Positions 1 to 8,903 of a DNA stretch of 24,000 nt are shown here, piece by piece. A program made the position numbers and the translations under genes. The notes beneath the pieces are model-generated. The model saw only the letters and a program-made list of their open reading frames with translations. It ran no database searches and was not told where the DNA came from. Every line of letters begins with the position of its first letter. Positions within the stretch are counted from its first letter, which is position 1. The stretch is from Candidatus Caldarchaeum sp. (GTDB lineage Archaea > Thermoproteota > Nitrososphaeria_A > Caldarchaeales > Caldarchaeaceae), in contig JAWBJZ010000003.1 of assembly GCA_038832005.1 (NCBI GenBank), positions 9,560-33,559 on the forward strand, in the 5' to 3' direction.

Positions 1-1207
1 AAGCATCGGAATCTGGGTCGTCGAATGATACGAAATACTCGATACCACCTGAAGCTTTGTAGATGTATCTGTTCAACTCAGCCTTCATGGGGTTCACATT
101 TCCGCGCTTATGACCATGCTCTCTGCATCTGATACATCTGCAGGCACTACCAACTCTCTTCTCAACAACCTGCCTAAGGTTAGGCGTCCTCAAACCGTCT
201 AAAGCAATCTTCAAAGGTATCTCTCGCTGTATCCGTGTAATCCTGACGTAGGGAGGCACCTTTCTCATGAACTCGGCTAAGACGTCAACGAGTTCTTCGT
301 CGGAGTAGGGTTTGTATACGCCTTCCCTCCACATCTTCTCCAAACCGGTTCCAGGTAGCACGAGCGTTGGATATATCTTGAGCTGGTCGGGCCTGTATCT
401 TTCGTCCCCAAAAAGTTGTGTGAGCATTTGAAGGTCTTTAGCTGGTGACGAGCCAGGCAGGTTGGGCATCATATGGTAACATACTTTGAAGGCCAAATCC
501 TTCAGGTCCGCGGTAGCTTCTACAACATCCTCGAGCGAATGGCCTCTTTTGACCAAACAAAGTATAGAGTCGTCTAATGCTTGAACTCCTATCTCAACCC
601 GTGTCACACCCATGTCAACAAGCCTTGACGCCACGTTTCTTTTAGCCCAATCAGGCTTCGTCTCGACGGTGATGCCTGACACATGTATCTCAGCATTCTC
701 CGCTAATGAGAGAGCTTCATCCAAACTTCTCGAAACCCTTCCGTTCAAGGCATCTAAGCATCTTTGAATGAATCTTGCTTGAAAACCGTAGGACGTTGCT
801 GTGAACGTTCCACCTATTATGATGAGCTCAACCTTGTCAACTAGATGGCCCATTGAACTGAGCTTTCGAACAGCGGCGGCAACTTGGGTGTAAGGGTCGT
901 ATCCAACCGAGGCGGCGTTCTTTACAGCAGCCTCCTCACCCGTGTAGCTCTGAGGTGTTCCAAATGGTCTTCCGCCGGGGCAGTAGATACACTTGCCGTG
1001 TGGACAGCTGAAAATGGGCGCCACGACGGTTATGACGGAGACGCCGGAAGCGGTTTTCACCGGTTTTTTTAACACAGGTTTGTTCAACCCCTGAGTGAGA
1101 AGGGTGAGCTCGGTGTCGGAGGGGATTTTAGACAGCCTCAGCTTGGCTGCAAGCTCTTTTTTGAGCTTTTCGACCTCGGACCTCGTTAGCAAAAATTGCT
1201 CAGCCAA
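1..1207 (-). CDS. elp3: Elp3-type tRNA U34 carboxymethyltransferase / radical SAM-GNAT protein (C-terminus truncated by window edge)
   Basis: Not in the supplied ORF track (runs off the left edge). My reverse-strand translation starts at TTG 1207-1205 (LAEQFLLTRSEVEKLKKELAAKLRLSKIPSD...) and continues with APIFSCPHGKCIYCPGGRPFGTPQSYTGEE (radical SAM CxxxxCxxC) and RQVVEKRVGSACRCIRCREHGHKRGN (Elp3-typical CxCIRCRE zone) to base 1. Confidence 0.93.
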   Translation of the reverse strand, partial: MAEQFLLTRSEVEKLKKELAAKLRLSKIPSDTELTLLTQGLNKPVLKKPVKTASGVSVITVVAPIFSCPHGKCIYCPGGRPFGTPQSYTGEEAAVKNAASVGYDPYTQVAAAVRKLSSMGHLVDKVELIIIGGTFTATSYGFQARFIQRCLDALNGRVSRSLDEALSLAENAEIHVSGITVETKPDWAKRNVASRLVDMGVTRVEIGVQALDDSILCLVKRGHSLEDVVEATADLKDLAFKVCYHMMPNLPGSSPAKDLQMLTQLFGDERYRPDQLKIYPTLVLPGTGLEKMWREGVYKPYSDEELVDVLAEFMRKVPPYVRITRIQREIPLKIALDGLRTPNLRQVVEKRVGSACRCIRCREHGHKRGNVNPMKAELNRYIYKASGGIEYFVSFDDPDSDA

Positions 1208-2147
1208 TGTTAGCCCACTTTTTCCTGATTTGGCGACATATTAGACTGATGTCCCTCAAAGCCTTCAAGTATCTCGGCCCCAGAGGGCCTGCAAAAACAA
1301 CCTCATCATAACCCGCTTCAACCAGCTCGTCTGCGAAGCCTTCGAGCTTTTTGGGCTTGCCCCAGACGCAGAAATAATTCACCCAATCTCCGCTGCTGAT
1401 GGCGTAGAGTTCTTCCCATTTTTTGGACCGAAGCACTTCTTCAACCTGTTTTCTGAAGCCAACGCTGATGCCGAACTCGTTCAAATATTGTTCGTGAACC
1501 CCGGCCATCAGATAGGCTGCGAAAGGCACAGCCGTTTTACGGGCTTTCGCTTCATCGTCGTGGACCGAAGTTATGATGTATGCCGCCTTCCAAAAACCTC
1601 TTGATCCGAACGTCTTCAACGCCTCCAGCAGCTTGTCCATGCTCGACCAGTTGACGAGAACGCCGTCAGCCACTTCCGCCGCCATCCTCATCATCCTCCT
1701 ACCCTGAGCACCTACAAACACCTTAACATCAGATGCACGATATGTATCGAGCCAACCCGGTGTTGTCAACGCCTTCTTAACATGCTTGACCGCCTCTCCG
1801 ACTCTTTCGACAGGCTTTTCCCTGTCGAGGCCGAGCTGCTTGAGCGACAGTGCGTCACCTGCCCCTACCGCCAACCGAACCCTGTTCGGCGCCAGCTCCC
1901 AGAGCGTGGCCGTCATCTGAGCAATCGACGTAGGATGGGTCACGTATGGGTTGACGACCGCTGGCCCGAGAAATATTTTCCTTGTGTTGAGCGCCAGAGC
2001 AGATAAAACCATGAAGCAGTTCCTGTTGAAGAAATGGTCGCTAACCCATACTCCGTCAAACCCGTTTTTTTCCACAATTCTGGCGGCTATCAAAAGCTTC
2101 CATACAGGGTCTCTCGGGACCAGCTCGACAGAGAAAAACGGCCTCAC
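1200..2147 (-). CDS. LLM-class (luciferase-like) flavin/F420-dependent oxidoreductase, methylene-H4MPT reductase-like
   Basis: 315 aa, GTG start; GFDGVWVSDHF, LGPAVVNPYVTHPTSIAQMTATLWEL, RVRLAVGAGD, AAEVADGVLVNW motifs typical of the LLM superfamily. Stop overlaps the Elp3 start; start overlaps the stop of the 70-aa ORF (GTGA). Confidence 0.88.
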   Translation of the reverse strand: MRPFFSVELVPRDPVWKLLIAARIVEKNGFDGVWVSDHFFNRNCFMVLSALALNTRKIFLGPAVVNPYVTHPTSIAQMTATLWELAPNRVRLAVGAGDALSLKQLGLDREKPVERVGEAVKHVKKALTTPGWLDTYRASDVKVFVGAQGRRMMRMAAEVADGVLVNWSSMDKLLEALKTFGSRGFWKAAYIITSVHDDEAKARKTAVPFAAYLMAGVHEQYLNEFGISVGFRKQVEEVLRSKKWEELYAISSGDWVNYFCVWGKPKKLEGFADELVEAGYDEVVFAGPLGPRYLKALRDISLICRQIRKKWANIG

Positions 2148-2356
2148 GTTAGCACCCCTTTCAGCAGCTTGGTTGTCTTGTCCGGCTCACAGAGTCTGCA
2201 CGCTCTGACCAAGGATTTGAACCCATAAGGTTTATCCAGCCTGTTGGTGAGGAAGCTGTTCCAGACAGCCCAGCCCAGTTTAGGCGGAACGTTGTTGGAG
2301 TTTACGCTGGACATCAGAACCTCCAAAAGCATCGAGACCGTCTTCTTCCTCTCCAT
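2144..2356 (-). CDS. small hypothetical protein (70 aa) embedded in operon-like run
   Basis: ATG one base after the hydrolase stop (TAGGATG), stop overlaps the next GTG start (GTGA). Translational packing with both flanking genes supports a real gene; no recognised domain. Confidence 0.6.
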   Translation of the reverse strand: MERKKTVSMLLEVLMSSVNSNNVPPKLGWAVWNSFLTNRLDKPYGFKSLVRACRLCEPDKTTKLLKGVLT

Positions 2357-2357
2357 C

Positions 2358-3188
2358 CTATGAACCGTCCCTCAAGAATTCTATAATAACGTTGTTGACA
2401 AGCTCGGGCTTTTCCTCATGGGGAACATGTCCCGCACCGGGAACGACAACCAATCTTGCTCTAATCCTTTCAGCTATCGACTTGTTCTCTTCAACCGGAA
2501 CCCATGAATCTTTCTCGCCGAGCACAAACAGCACATCGCATTTCACCTGATCCATCAACGCTGAGTTGAATTCTTCCATTATGTTGAACGCCTCGAGAAG
2601 CACGGGGCCCGACTTGACGACCGACTGGAAGTACCCCTCGACCGTTTCACCATCCACCAAGCTGTCGTCGTTATACGCGTTTTTCAAAGCTCTCTTGATA
2701 AAGTATCTGTTCACGAGAACTCTTACCAGAATTTTGCCGACAGTCTTGTTGCGGGCTAGCTCGACGAAGAATGGCCTTTTTCCAGTACGTCCGCCTAAAA
2801 GACTTGGGCTGACAAGCACCAGCTTAGAGACTTTGTCGGCATGCCTCGCGGCTATGTAAGCGGCTATCGCCCCGCCGCTCGAATGGCCGACGACACAGAA
2901 TCGGTTGATGTCCATCTTCTGCATCAAGCTGACAAGGTGGGTGGACACCGTGTCTAGATGGAAGCCGGCTGGAAGCCTGCTTGAAAGACCGAACCCCGGC
3001 AGGTCTACCGCAATAACCCTGAAAAAGCTGGACAGAGCTCGATAGTTTCTCCTCCAACTAAACGAAGACGATCCCCAACCATGTATGAGCAGCACAGCAT
3101 CGCCTCTCCCGACGTCGACGTAAAACGTGTGCACTCCATTCACTTGGGCAACCGACCCGTTTTCCACATGGGCAGTCCACGAAGTCAT
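2358..3188 (-). CDS. alpha/beta hydrolase fold protein
   Basis: 276 aa; VLLIHGWGSSSFSWRRNY, nucleophile elbow VVGHSSGG, FVLGEKDSWVP and PGAGHVPHEEKP (acid and His regions). Confidence 0.9.
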   Translation of the reverse strand: MTSWTAHVENGSVAQVNGVHTFYVDVGRGDAVLLIHGWGSSSFSWRRNYRALSSFFRVIAVDLPGFGLSSRLPAGFHLDTVSTHLVSLMQKMDINRFCVVGHSSGGAIAAYIAARHADKVSKLVLVSPSLLGGRTGKRPFFVELARNKTVGKILVRVLVNRYFIKRALKNAYNDDSLVDGETVEGYFQSVVKSGPVLLEAFNIMEEFNSALMDQVKCDVLFVLGEKDSWVPVEENKSIAERIRARLVVVPGAGHVPHEEKPELVNNVIIEFLRDGS

Positions 3189-3203
3189 TCAAACATATCA
3201 CCC

Positions 3204-3250
3204 GGCAACCCGGTTTTATAACGTTTTCAACCGAGGCAAAAAATAAATAC
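3204..3250. promoter_or_regulatory. divergent archaeal TATA-like boxes between hydrolase (-) and acyltransferase (+)
   Basis: Plus strand GCAAAAAATAAATAC (~3236-3250) lies ~26 nt before ATG 3269. Minus strand CGTTATAAAACC (~3211-3222) lies ~26 nt before the start at 3188. Suggests leaderless transcripts. Confidence 0.5.
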
Positions 3251-3268
3251 CTACGGATTAGCGTTAAT

Positions 3269-3997
3269 ATGATGTTGGGGTTCATATCACCCCGTGCTAA
3301 GGTCTGCGGTTATGTTTCTAAGCTTTCATACGTCTATGGTCCGACAGAGGTCGGCGAGAAGTCGTTGGTGGACGACGGGGTGACCATCGGCTACCCCTCG
3401 AGGAAAAGGTTGATGGAGTCTATTGACGGTTCAAACAGCTCGGTTGAGGAGATGCTTGACAGGGCGAGCTTAGGCAGTTTCATAGGGCCAGCCTGCGTGA
3501 TAAGAAGAGGATGTGTAATCTATGACGAGGTCATGATAGAGGGAGGAGTGGAGCTTGGACACAACGTGCTCGTAAGGTCCGGCAGCGTTATAAGAAGCGG
3601 CTCCCGAATTGGCAGCTACACGCTCCTCGACGGCACAGTCCTCCTAGGAAAAAACGTAAACATACAGTCCCGCGTATATTTACCGCATTTGACAAAAGTC
3701 ATGGACAGGGCTTTCATCGGACCCGGCGTGATAATGACAAACGATCCCTACCCTGTCGGGTCGCCGTTGAAGGGTCCTTCGATAGGTGAAGGAGCCATAA
3801 TTGGCGCAGGAGCCGTGATTCTGCCCGGCGTTGAGATAGGGGATGGAGCTGTAGTTGGCGCTGGCTCTGTCGTGACGAAGAATGTACCGCCGAACGTGGT
3901 GGTTTACGGCGTCCCGGCGAAGTATGCTTACGACGTGTATGAATACAGAAGAAAGAAGATGGTTTATGACCGTGGTGTGGGAGGCGCTAACGCTTAA
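3269..3997 (+). CDS. hexapeptide-repeat (left-handed beta-helix) acyltransferase, WbbJ/LpxA-like
   Basis: Repeated [LIV]GxxxxI pattern (IGYPS, IGPACVI, LGHNVLV, IGSYTLL, IGEGAIIGAGAVILPGVEIGDGAVVGAGSVVTKNVPPNVVVYGVPAKY). Confidence 0.88.
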   Translation: MMLGFISPRAKVCGYVSKLSYVYGPTEVGEKSLVDDGVTIGYPSRKRLMESIDGSNSSVEEMLDRASLGSFIGPACVIRRGCVIYDEVMIEGGVELGHNVLVRSGSVIRSGSRIGSYTLLDGTVLLGKNVNIQSRVYLPHLTKVMDRAFIGPGVIMTNDPYPVGSPLKGPSIGEGAIIGAGAVILPGVEIGDGAVVGAGSVVTKNVPPNVVVYGVPAKYAYDVYEYRRKKMVYDRGVGGANA

Positions 3998-4043
3998 AAA
4001 CAACCTTTGACACAGGTTGATAGGTGAGAAAGAGGAAGAAGTA

Positions 4044-4352
4044 ATGGCGGACATATGCCCCACATGCGGTCTCCCCAAATCGATCTGCGTTTGCGGCACG
4101 ATAAGCCGTGAACAGCAGAGGGTGAAGATAAAGCTCGAGCGACGCAAGTGGAACAAGCCTACGACAGTAATCGAGGGTTTAAACGGAACGAAGAAAGACT
4201 TGCAGGAAATAGCATCGCGGCTTAAGACCGTACTGGCGTGCGGCGGAGTGGTGAAGGATGGTATGATACTTCTTCAGGGCGACCATCGCGACAAGGCGAA
4301 AGACGCTCTGCTCCAGCTCGGTGTATCCGAGGAAAATATAGAGGTAATTTAG
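4044..4352 (+). CDS. translation initiation factor aIF1 (SUI1/eIF1 family)
   Basis: MADICPTCGLPKSICVCGTISREQQRVKIKLERRKWNKPTTVIEGL...DLQEIASRLKTVLACGGVVKDGMILLQGDHR, archaeal SUI1. The track start at 4017 adds 9 codons; ATG 4044 fits the family N-terminus better. Confidence 0.92.
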   Translation: MADICPTCGLPKSICVCGTISREQQRVKIKLERRKWNKPTTVIEGLNGTKKDLQEIASRLKTVLACGGVVKDGMILLQGDHRDKAKDALLQLGVSEENIEVI

Positions 4353-5272
4353 GCTGCCACGCTTTCGAGGATGTCTTTTAAACCCTTGAACCGGTTTCTC
4401 ACGGTGACCTCCGTCACTCCAGCGGCCTTGGCTATATCTTTCTGCGTAAGGTTTTGAGTCGTTTCCTGGCAGGCCATGTAGAGGGCCGCAGCTGCTATAC
4501 CTACGGGGTCTTTGCCGACCGTCGCTTTCTTCTTCACAGCCTCGTTCAAAAGCCTCAAAGCCTCCTGCACGGTTCTCTGGTCGAGGCCGACTTTTGACGC
4601 TATTTTGTTGACGTAGATTGATGGATCTGCGACGGGAACCTTCAGCCCCAAGTGTTTGAGAAGCAGTCTGTAGCCTTGAGCTATTGTCTTGCGTTTGACC
4701 GTCGGATAGGCGCGTTCAAACTCTCTCAAGTCGCGGGGCGTTCCAAGCATTCTGCACGCAGCGTAGGTTGCTGCAGCCATTATCGATTTAATGGACCTGC
4801 CACGTACAAGCCCTGCCTTCAAAGCCCTTCTGTAGATCAGCATAGCCCTCTCGGCCACAGGTTGTGAGAGACGTAGCTTGTCATAGTATATTTGGAGTAT
4901 GTTTACGGCTTGCTGAAGGTTTCTCGTCTCGCTGGAGTTTATCTGGGATGTTGCGTCAAGCTTTTTAAGCCTAAGCATTTTCTCCCGCGTTTCCTTCGAC
5001 AGCTTCCTGCCAGCCGCGTCTTCGTCGATTCTCTCAATTACCGTCGACAGACCGTGGTCCCTGTACATAGGCGACAGCGGAGCCCCAACCCTGCTTCTGC
5101 TCCCCTCTTCGTCGTCAAGGTTCCTCCACTCGGGCCCCATGTCGACATCTTTTTCTTGGACGACATAACCGCATACGGGGCATGTAACCTCACCCGTCCT
5201 CTGGTCAGTGACAAGCATCTCATTTCCGCATTCCGGACAGAACTCCAACTCTCTCCAGCTTTTTCTAACCAA
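4349..5272 (-). CDS. tfb: transcription initiation factor B (TFB, TFIIB homologue)
   Basis: 307 aa; N-terminal zinc ribbon CPECG...CPVCGYVVQEKDVDMGPEWRNLD, then two cyclin-like repeats; C-terminus ENLTQKDIAKAAGVTEVTVRNRFKGL-like. 4-bp convergent overlap with aIF1. Confidence 0.96.
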   Translation of the reverse strand: MVRKSWRELEFCPECGNEMLVTDQRTGEVTCPVCGYVVQEKDVDMGPEWRNLDDEEGSRSRVGAPLSPMYRDHGLSTVIERIDEDAAGRKLSKETREKMLRLKKLDATSQINSSETRNLQQAVNILQIYYDKLRLSQPVAERAMLIYRRALKAGLVRGRSIKSIMAAATYAACRMLGTPRDLREFERAYPTVKRKTIAQGYRLLLKHLGLKVPVADPSIYVNKIASKVGLDQRTVQEALRLLNEAVKKKATVGKDPVGIAAAALYMACQETTQNLTQKDIAKAAGVTEVTVRNRFKGLKDILESVAA

Positions 5273-5429
5273 GCCTTTTCACCCTCAAGAAAGACGTATA
5301 GGCAGGAAGTGTGCGTATGCCTCTGCCTATAAGTCTTTCTGGGCTGATCGTGTTTATCCTAGCTTATAAAATTTTCGCTGAAACGCTCACGTTCAAAAAT
5401 ATATTTTTCGCAGTAGGTGAAAAGCCGGC

Positions 5430-6869
5430 TTGAAAAGGATAAGGGTTTACAACACTCTGTCGAGGTCTCTTGAAGTTTTCGAGCCTTGGACGGCTGGGTT
5501 TGTCTCCATATACGTATGCGGCCCCACCGTCTACGACGTGGCCCACTTGGGTCACGCGCGTACTTATGTGGCGTTTGACGCAATCATAAGGTTCCTGGAG
5601 TATATGGGCTATACAGTCAAGTATGCTAGGAATGTTACGGATGTAGGCCATCTACGTGAGACGGGGGAGGACAAGATGATGCAGGGTGCTGTAAGGCTGA
5701 AAAAACACCCCATGGAAGTTGCTGACAAATACATGATGGAGTTTTTCAGCGACATGAACGCGCTAGGCGTTAGAAGACCTGACATACAGCCGAGGGCTAG
5801 CATGCACATACCTGACATAATAGAAGCTGTTGAGAAACTTTTGGACAAAGGCTACGCCTACAAAGTTGACGGCAGCATATACTTCGACGTGAGCAAAGTC
5901 ACGGACTATGGTAAGCTTTCTGGAATAAAGGCCGAGGAGCTGGTTAAACATAGGATAGACCCTGACCCTAGGAAACGAAACCATGCCGACTTCGCCCTCT
6001 GGAAAGAAGCGCCGGAGGCCTACCCGCTGTCATGGAAGACGCCTTGGGGGAGAGGTTTTCCAGGATGGCACATCGAATGCTCGGTGATGAGCATGAAGTA
6101 TTTAGGCGAACAGATAGACATCCACGGAGGCGGTCAAGACCTGATATTCCCCCATCATGAAAACGAGATAGCCCAGTCTGAGGCTATTACCGGTAAAAAA
6201 CCATTCGTGAAATATTGGCTGCACACGGGAGAGCTCACAGTCGGCGGCAAGGGAATGCACAAGTCGTTCGGCAACTTCCTGACAATACGAGACGTGTTGA
6301 AGAATTATTCTAGGGATGCCGTAAGGTTTTTCATCCTGTCAGCCCACTACCGAACTCCGCTGGACTACTCTGAAAAAGCCATGGAACAAGCCTCTGAAAA
6401 CGCGTCTAGAATCAAAAACCTTTTAGACGACCTCCATATTCTTGAGGAGACCGCTGAAACTGGGAAGGGCTCGGCAGAGTTCAAGTCTAGGGTTGACATC
6501 TATATGGATGATTTTGTAGGTTTTATGTCCAACGACTTCAACACATCAAACGCCATAGCAAGCCTGCACGAGTTCGTAAGGTTCGTCAACTCAAGTATTG
6601 AAAAACAAGGTTTAGCTAGGGAAGACGTGGTCTACGCTAAAGGGTCATTGTATAAGATGCTCGGCATCCTAGGCCTGTTCCAGGATAGCCTGGAGCAGGT
6701 GAAAGGGTTGGAGCCTACACAGTTGCTAAAGCTTTTACTGGATGTGAGGAGAGAGTTGAGGAAACGTGGGCTGTACGACCTTGGGGATAAAATCAGGTCA
6801 GAGCTCGCCGACCGGGGGGTCATCATAGAGGATTTGAAGGAAGGTGAACGCGTCAGAATAGTTAGGTGA
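5430..6869 (+). CDS. cysS: cysteinyl-tRNA synthetase
   Basis: 479 aa, TTG start; [28 protein letters not shown]-like region, [30 protein letters not shown]. The KMSKS position reads [12 protein letters not shown]-rich TATA-like element CAAAAATATATTTTT (~5395-5409) lies upstream. Confidence 0.95.
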   Translation: MKRIRVYNTLSRSLEVFEPWTAGFVSIYVCGPTVYDVAHLGHARTYVAFDAIIRFLEYMGYTVKYARNVTDVGHLRETGEDKMMQGAVRLKKHPMEVADKYMMEFFSDMNALGVRRPDIQPRASMHIPDIIEAVEKLLDKGYAYKVDGSIYFDVSKVTDYGKLSGIKAEELVKHRIDPDPRKRNHADFALWKEAPEAYPLSWKTPWGRGFPGWHIECSVMSMKYLGEQIDIHGGGQDLIFPHHENEIAQSEAITGKKPFVKYWLHTGELTVGGKGMHKSFGNFLTIRDVLKNYSRDAVRFFILSAHYRTPLDYSEKAMEQASENASRIKNLLDDLHILEETAETGKGSAEFKSRVDIYMDDFVGFMSNDFNTSNAIASLHEFVRFVNSSIEKQGLAREDVVYAKGSLYKMLGILGLFQDSLEQVKGLEPTQLLKLLLDVRRELRKRGLYDLGDKIRSELADRGVIIEDLKEGERVRIVR

Positions 6870-6875
6870 TAGTTT

Positions 6876-7571
6876 TTGAAGGCTGTTTTGCTGGCGGGTG
6901 GTTTTGGAAAACGCCTCAGGCCTTTGACAGAGAATCTTCCAAAACCCTTGCTGGACGTCGCTGGGAAACCCATCATAGTCTGGCAGATTGAGTGGCTGAA
7001 GAGCTTCGGCATAAGAGAGTTCGTTGTATGCGCTGGCTATTTGAGGGAGAAAATAATAGAGGTGCTGGGCAGCGGAAGCAAGCTTGGGGTCAAGATAGGC
7101 TACTCCGTTGAAGACGAGCCGCTCGGAACGGGCGGCGCCCTGAAAAACGGGGAGCACATCCTCAAATCTGACAAGTCTTTCATAGTTGTCAACGGAGACG
7201 TCCTCACAACCCTGAACCCGCTTAAGATGATTGAAGTTCTGGACGAGTGTATTGCGTGCATCGCGTTGACTAGGCTTCCATCCCCCTACGGCATCGTCGA
7301 GTTCGATGAGAAAACACTCATCGTCAGAAAATTCACCGAGAAACCACAGCTTCCCAACTACATAAACGCCGGTGTATACGCATTCACATCGGAGATCTTC
7401 AAATATCTCCCCGACTCAGGCGATTTGGAGAGGGTGACTTTCCCGCTTCTGGTTGAGAAGAATGCGATAAAGGCTGTGCCCTACGATAATGAGGAGTGGA
7501 TAAGCATAGACAGCCATAAGGACTTGGAGGAGGCGAAGAAGGTCGTCAAACACCTTCATGAAAGAGGCTGA
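6876..7571 (+). CDS. sugar-1-phosphate nucleotidyltransferase (NTP_transferase family)
   Basis: 231 aa; MKAVLLAGGFGKRLRPLTENLPKPLLDVAGKPII, VVNGDVLT, EKP, NAGVYAF. TTG start 6 nt after the cysS stop. Confidence 0.93.
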   Translation: MKAVLLAGGFGKRLRPLTENLPKPLLDVAGKPIIVWQIEWLKSFGIREFVVCAGYLREKIIEVLGSGSKLGVKIGYSVEDEPLGTGGALKNGEHILKSDKSFIVVNGDVLTTLNPLKMIEVLDECIACIALTRLPSPYGIVEFDEKTLIVRKFTEKPQLPNYINAGVYAFTSEIFKYLPDSGDLERVTFPLLVEKNAIKAVPYDNEEWISIDSHKDLEEAKKVVKHLHERG

Positions 7572-8068
7572 AGCTTGACAGCCATCAGCAGAGCGTCCTC
7601 ACCGTCCATGTAATATCTTTTCTGAACCTCGCGGGGTGTAAACCCAATCTTCCTGTAAAGAGAGATTGCAGCATGGTTGGAAACTCTCACCTCAAGGTAT
7701 GCCTCTTCACATCCATACTCAACGGTCAGCGAGTTAAGGGCCAGCTTGATCAGCTCTGTCGCCAGACCCCTTCTCCTGTATTCAGGTAGGACAGCGATAG
7801 ACACAATGTGTCCAGCCTTTCTGATTTTGAGGAAATCAAACTTGGAGAAGATTCTTTCTACACGGCACATAATGTATCCAACAATCTTACTGTCCACCTC
7901 CGCCACCCAAAAAGACTTGGGGAAATCTCTGGCCAAGTCCTCGAAGAACCCGTATGTATAGTTTTCAGGCAAGCATATCCTGTTTATGTTCATGACTTGA
8001 ATCAAATCCTCAATCCTGACGTTTCTGAAAAGAGCTCCCGGTCTACTGGCCTTTTCCGCCTGCTGCAT
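7556..8068 (-). CDS. GNAT N-acetyltransferase, RimI/Ard1-like
   Basis: 170 aa; HIVSIAVLPEYRRRGLATELIKLAL, EVRVSNHAAISLYRKIGFTPREVQKRYYMDGEDALLM. 16-bp convergent overlap with the preceding gene. Confidence 0.92.
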   Translation of the reverse strand: MQQAEKASRPGALFRNVRIEDLIQVMNINRICLPENYTYGFFEDLARDFPKSFWVAEVDSKIVGYIMCRVERIFSKFDFLKIRKAGHIVSIAVLPEYRRRGLATELIKLALNSLTVEYGCEEAYLEVRVSNHAAISLYRKIGFTPREVQKRYYMDGEDALLMAVKLQPLS

Positions 8069-8103
8069 CCGTTGACAGGGTTCATCGCCTGTTATTAAGA
8101 GTT

Positions 8104-8823
8104 TTAAACAAGGACAAGAAGTTCAGGGGGCGAGAGCAGCCTTATAGGTATCATTTGCCCGAGACCCCGCGAGACGTAAAGGACGGTGCCGTTTCCTAGC
8201 CTGTAAAGGCCGCGGACATACTTTGAGTTGCTTAAAAGAGTTTGGTTGTTTATGACCAGCCCTCCATGCGTATGTCCGGCGAGAATGATGCAGTCTCCCT
8301 TAATGTAGTCTGCGGCGTTGGGGTCGTGGACTACGACCAAGCCATAGCTCTCGACAAAGGGATAAACCCTGTCATCACGCCAGTCTAAACCATACAAACT
8401 TCCTACGTACCTGCTTTCAACCGCCCCCCTCAACTCCCTGTAGCCGTGTTTGTCCAGCAGGTTTCTAACTGTGTTCGCGTATCCGCTCCAGTATTCATGA
8501 TTGCCAAGGACGTAAAACTTCTCAGAAGCGTTTATGGCTGAAATGAACCTTTCGACGAAGCCGATATCATGTGTTAACCTGTCCACCAAATCGCCTCCGA
8601 GCATGGCTACGTCGGGTTCCAGCTCGTTTACTGTGTCGAGAAGCCTTCTCTCATAGACGCCGTCGCCGTGTAGATGAAGGTCTGGGAGAAAAACCACCTT
8701 GCATCCGAGACCTGCTGTAAGATAGCTAATCTCCAGCCTTCCCACGTCGTTGAAGGCAAGGCTAATCGCTCCAGCAGCGGCAACAGTTGAAGCTGCGGCT
8801 GTGAAAAAAGCCCTACGCCTCAA
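8104..8823 (-). CDS. metallophosphoesterase, YkuE-like, with N-terminal Tat-like signal or anchor
   Basis: 239 aa; LPDLHLHGDG, GGDLVD, VLGNHEYW, VVVHDP, ILAGHTHGG calcineurin-like motifs; N-terminus MRRRAFFTAAASTVAAAGAISLAF. Confidence 0.9.
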   Translation of the reverse strand: MRRRAFFTAAASTVAAAGAISLAFNDVGRLEISYLTAGLGCKVVFLPDLHLHGDGVYERRLLDTVNELEPDVAMLGGDLVDRLTHDIGFVERFISAINASEKFYVLGNHEYWSGYANTVRNLLDKHGYRELRGAVESRYVGSLYGLDWRDDRVYPFVESYGLVVVHDPNAADYIKGDCIILAGHTHGGLVINNQTLLSNSKYVRGLYRLGNGTVLYVSRGLGQMIPIRLLSPPELLVLV

Positions 8824-8903
8824 ACCTATGTCACAACACTCTTTTAATCACTTATTTATCGTTTGGAATGTGGTAGCCATCAAAGAATGGTTGGTGGTCT
8901 CAC

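Noticed and set aside
5359-5651. 74-aa and 95-aa minus-strand ORFs between tfb and cysS
   Set aside because: They overlap the start of cysS and the AT-rich promoter zone, and the translations have no recognisable features.
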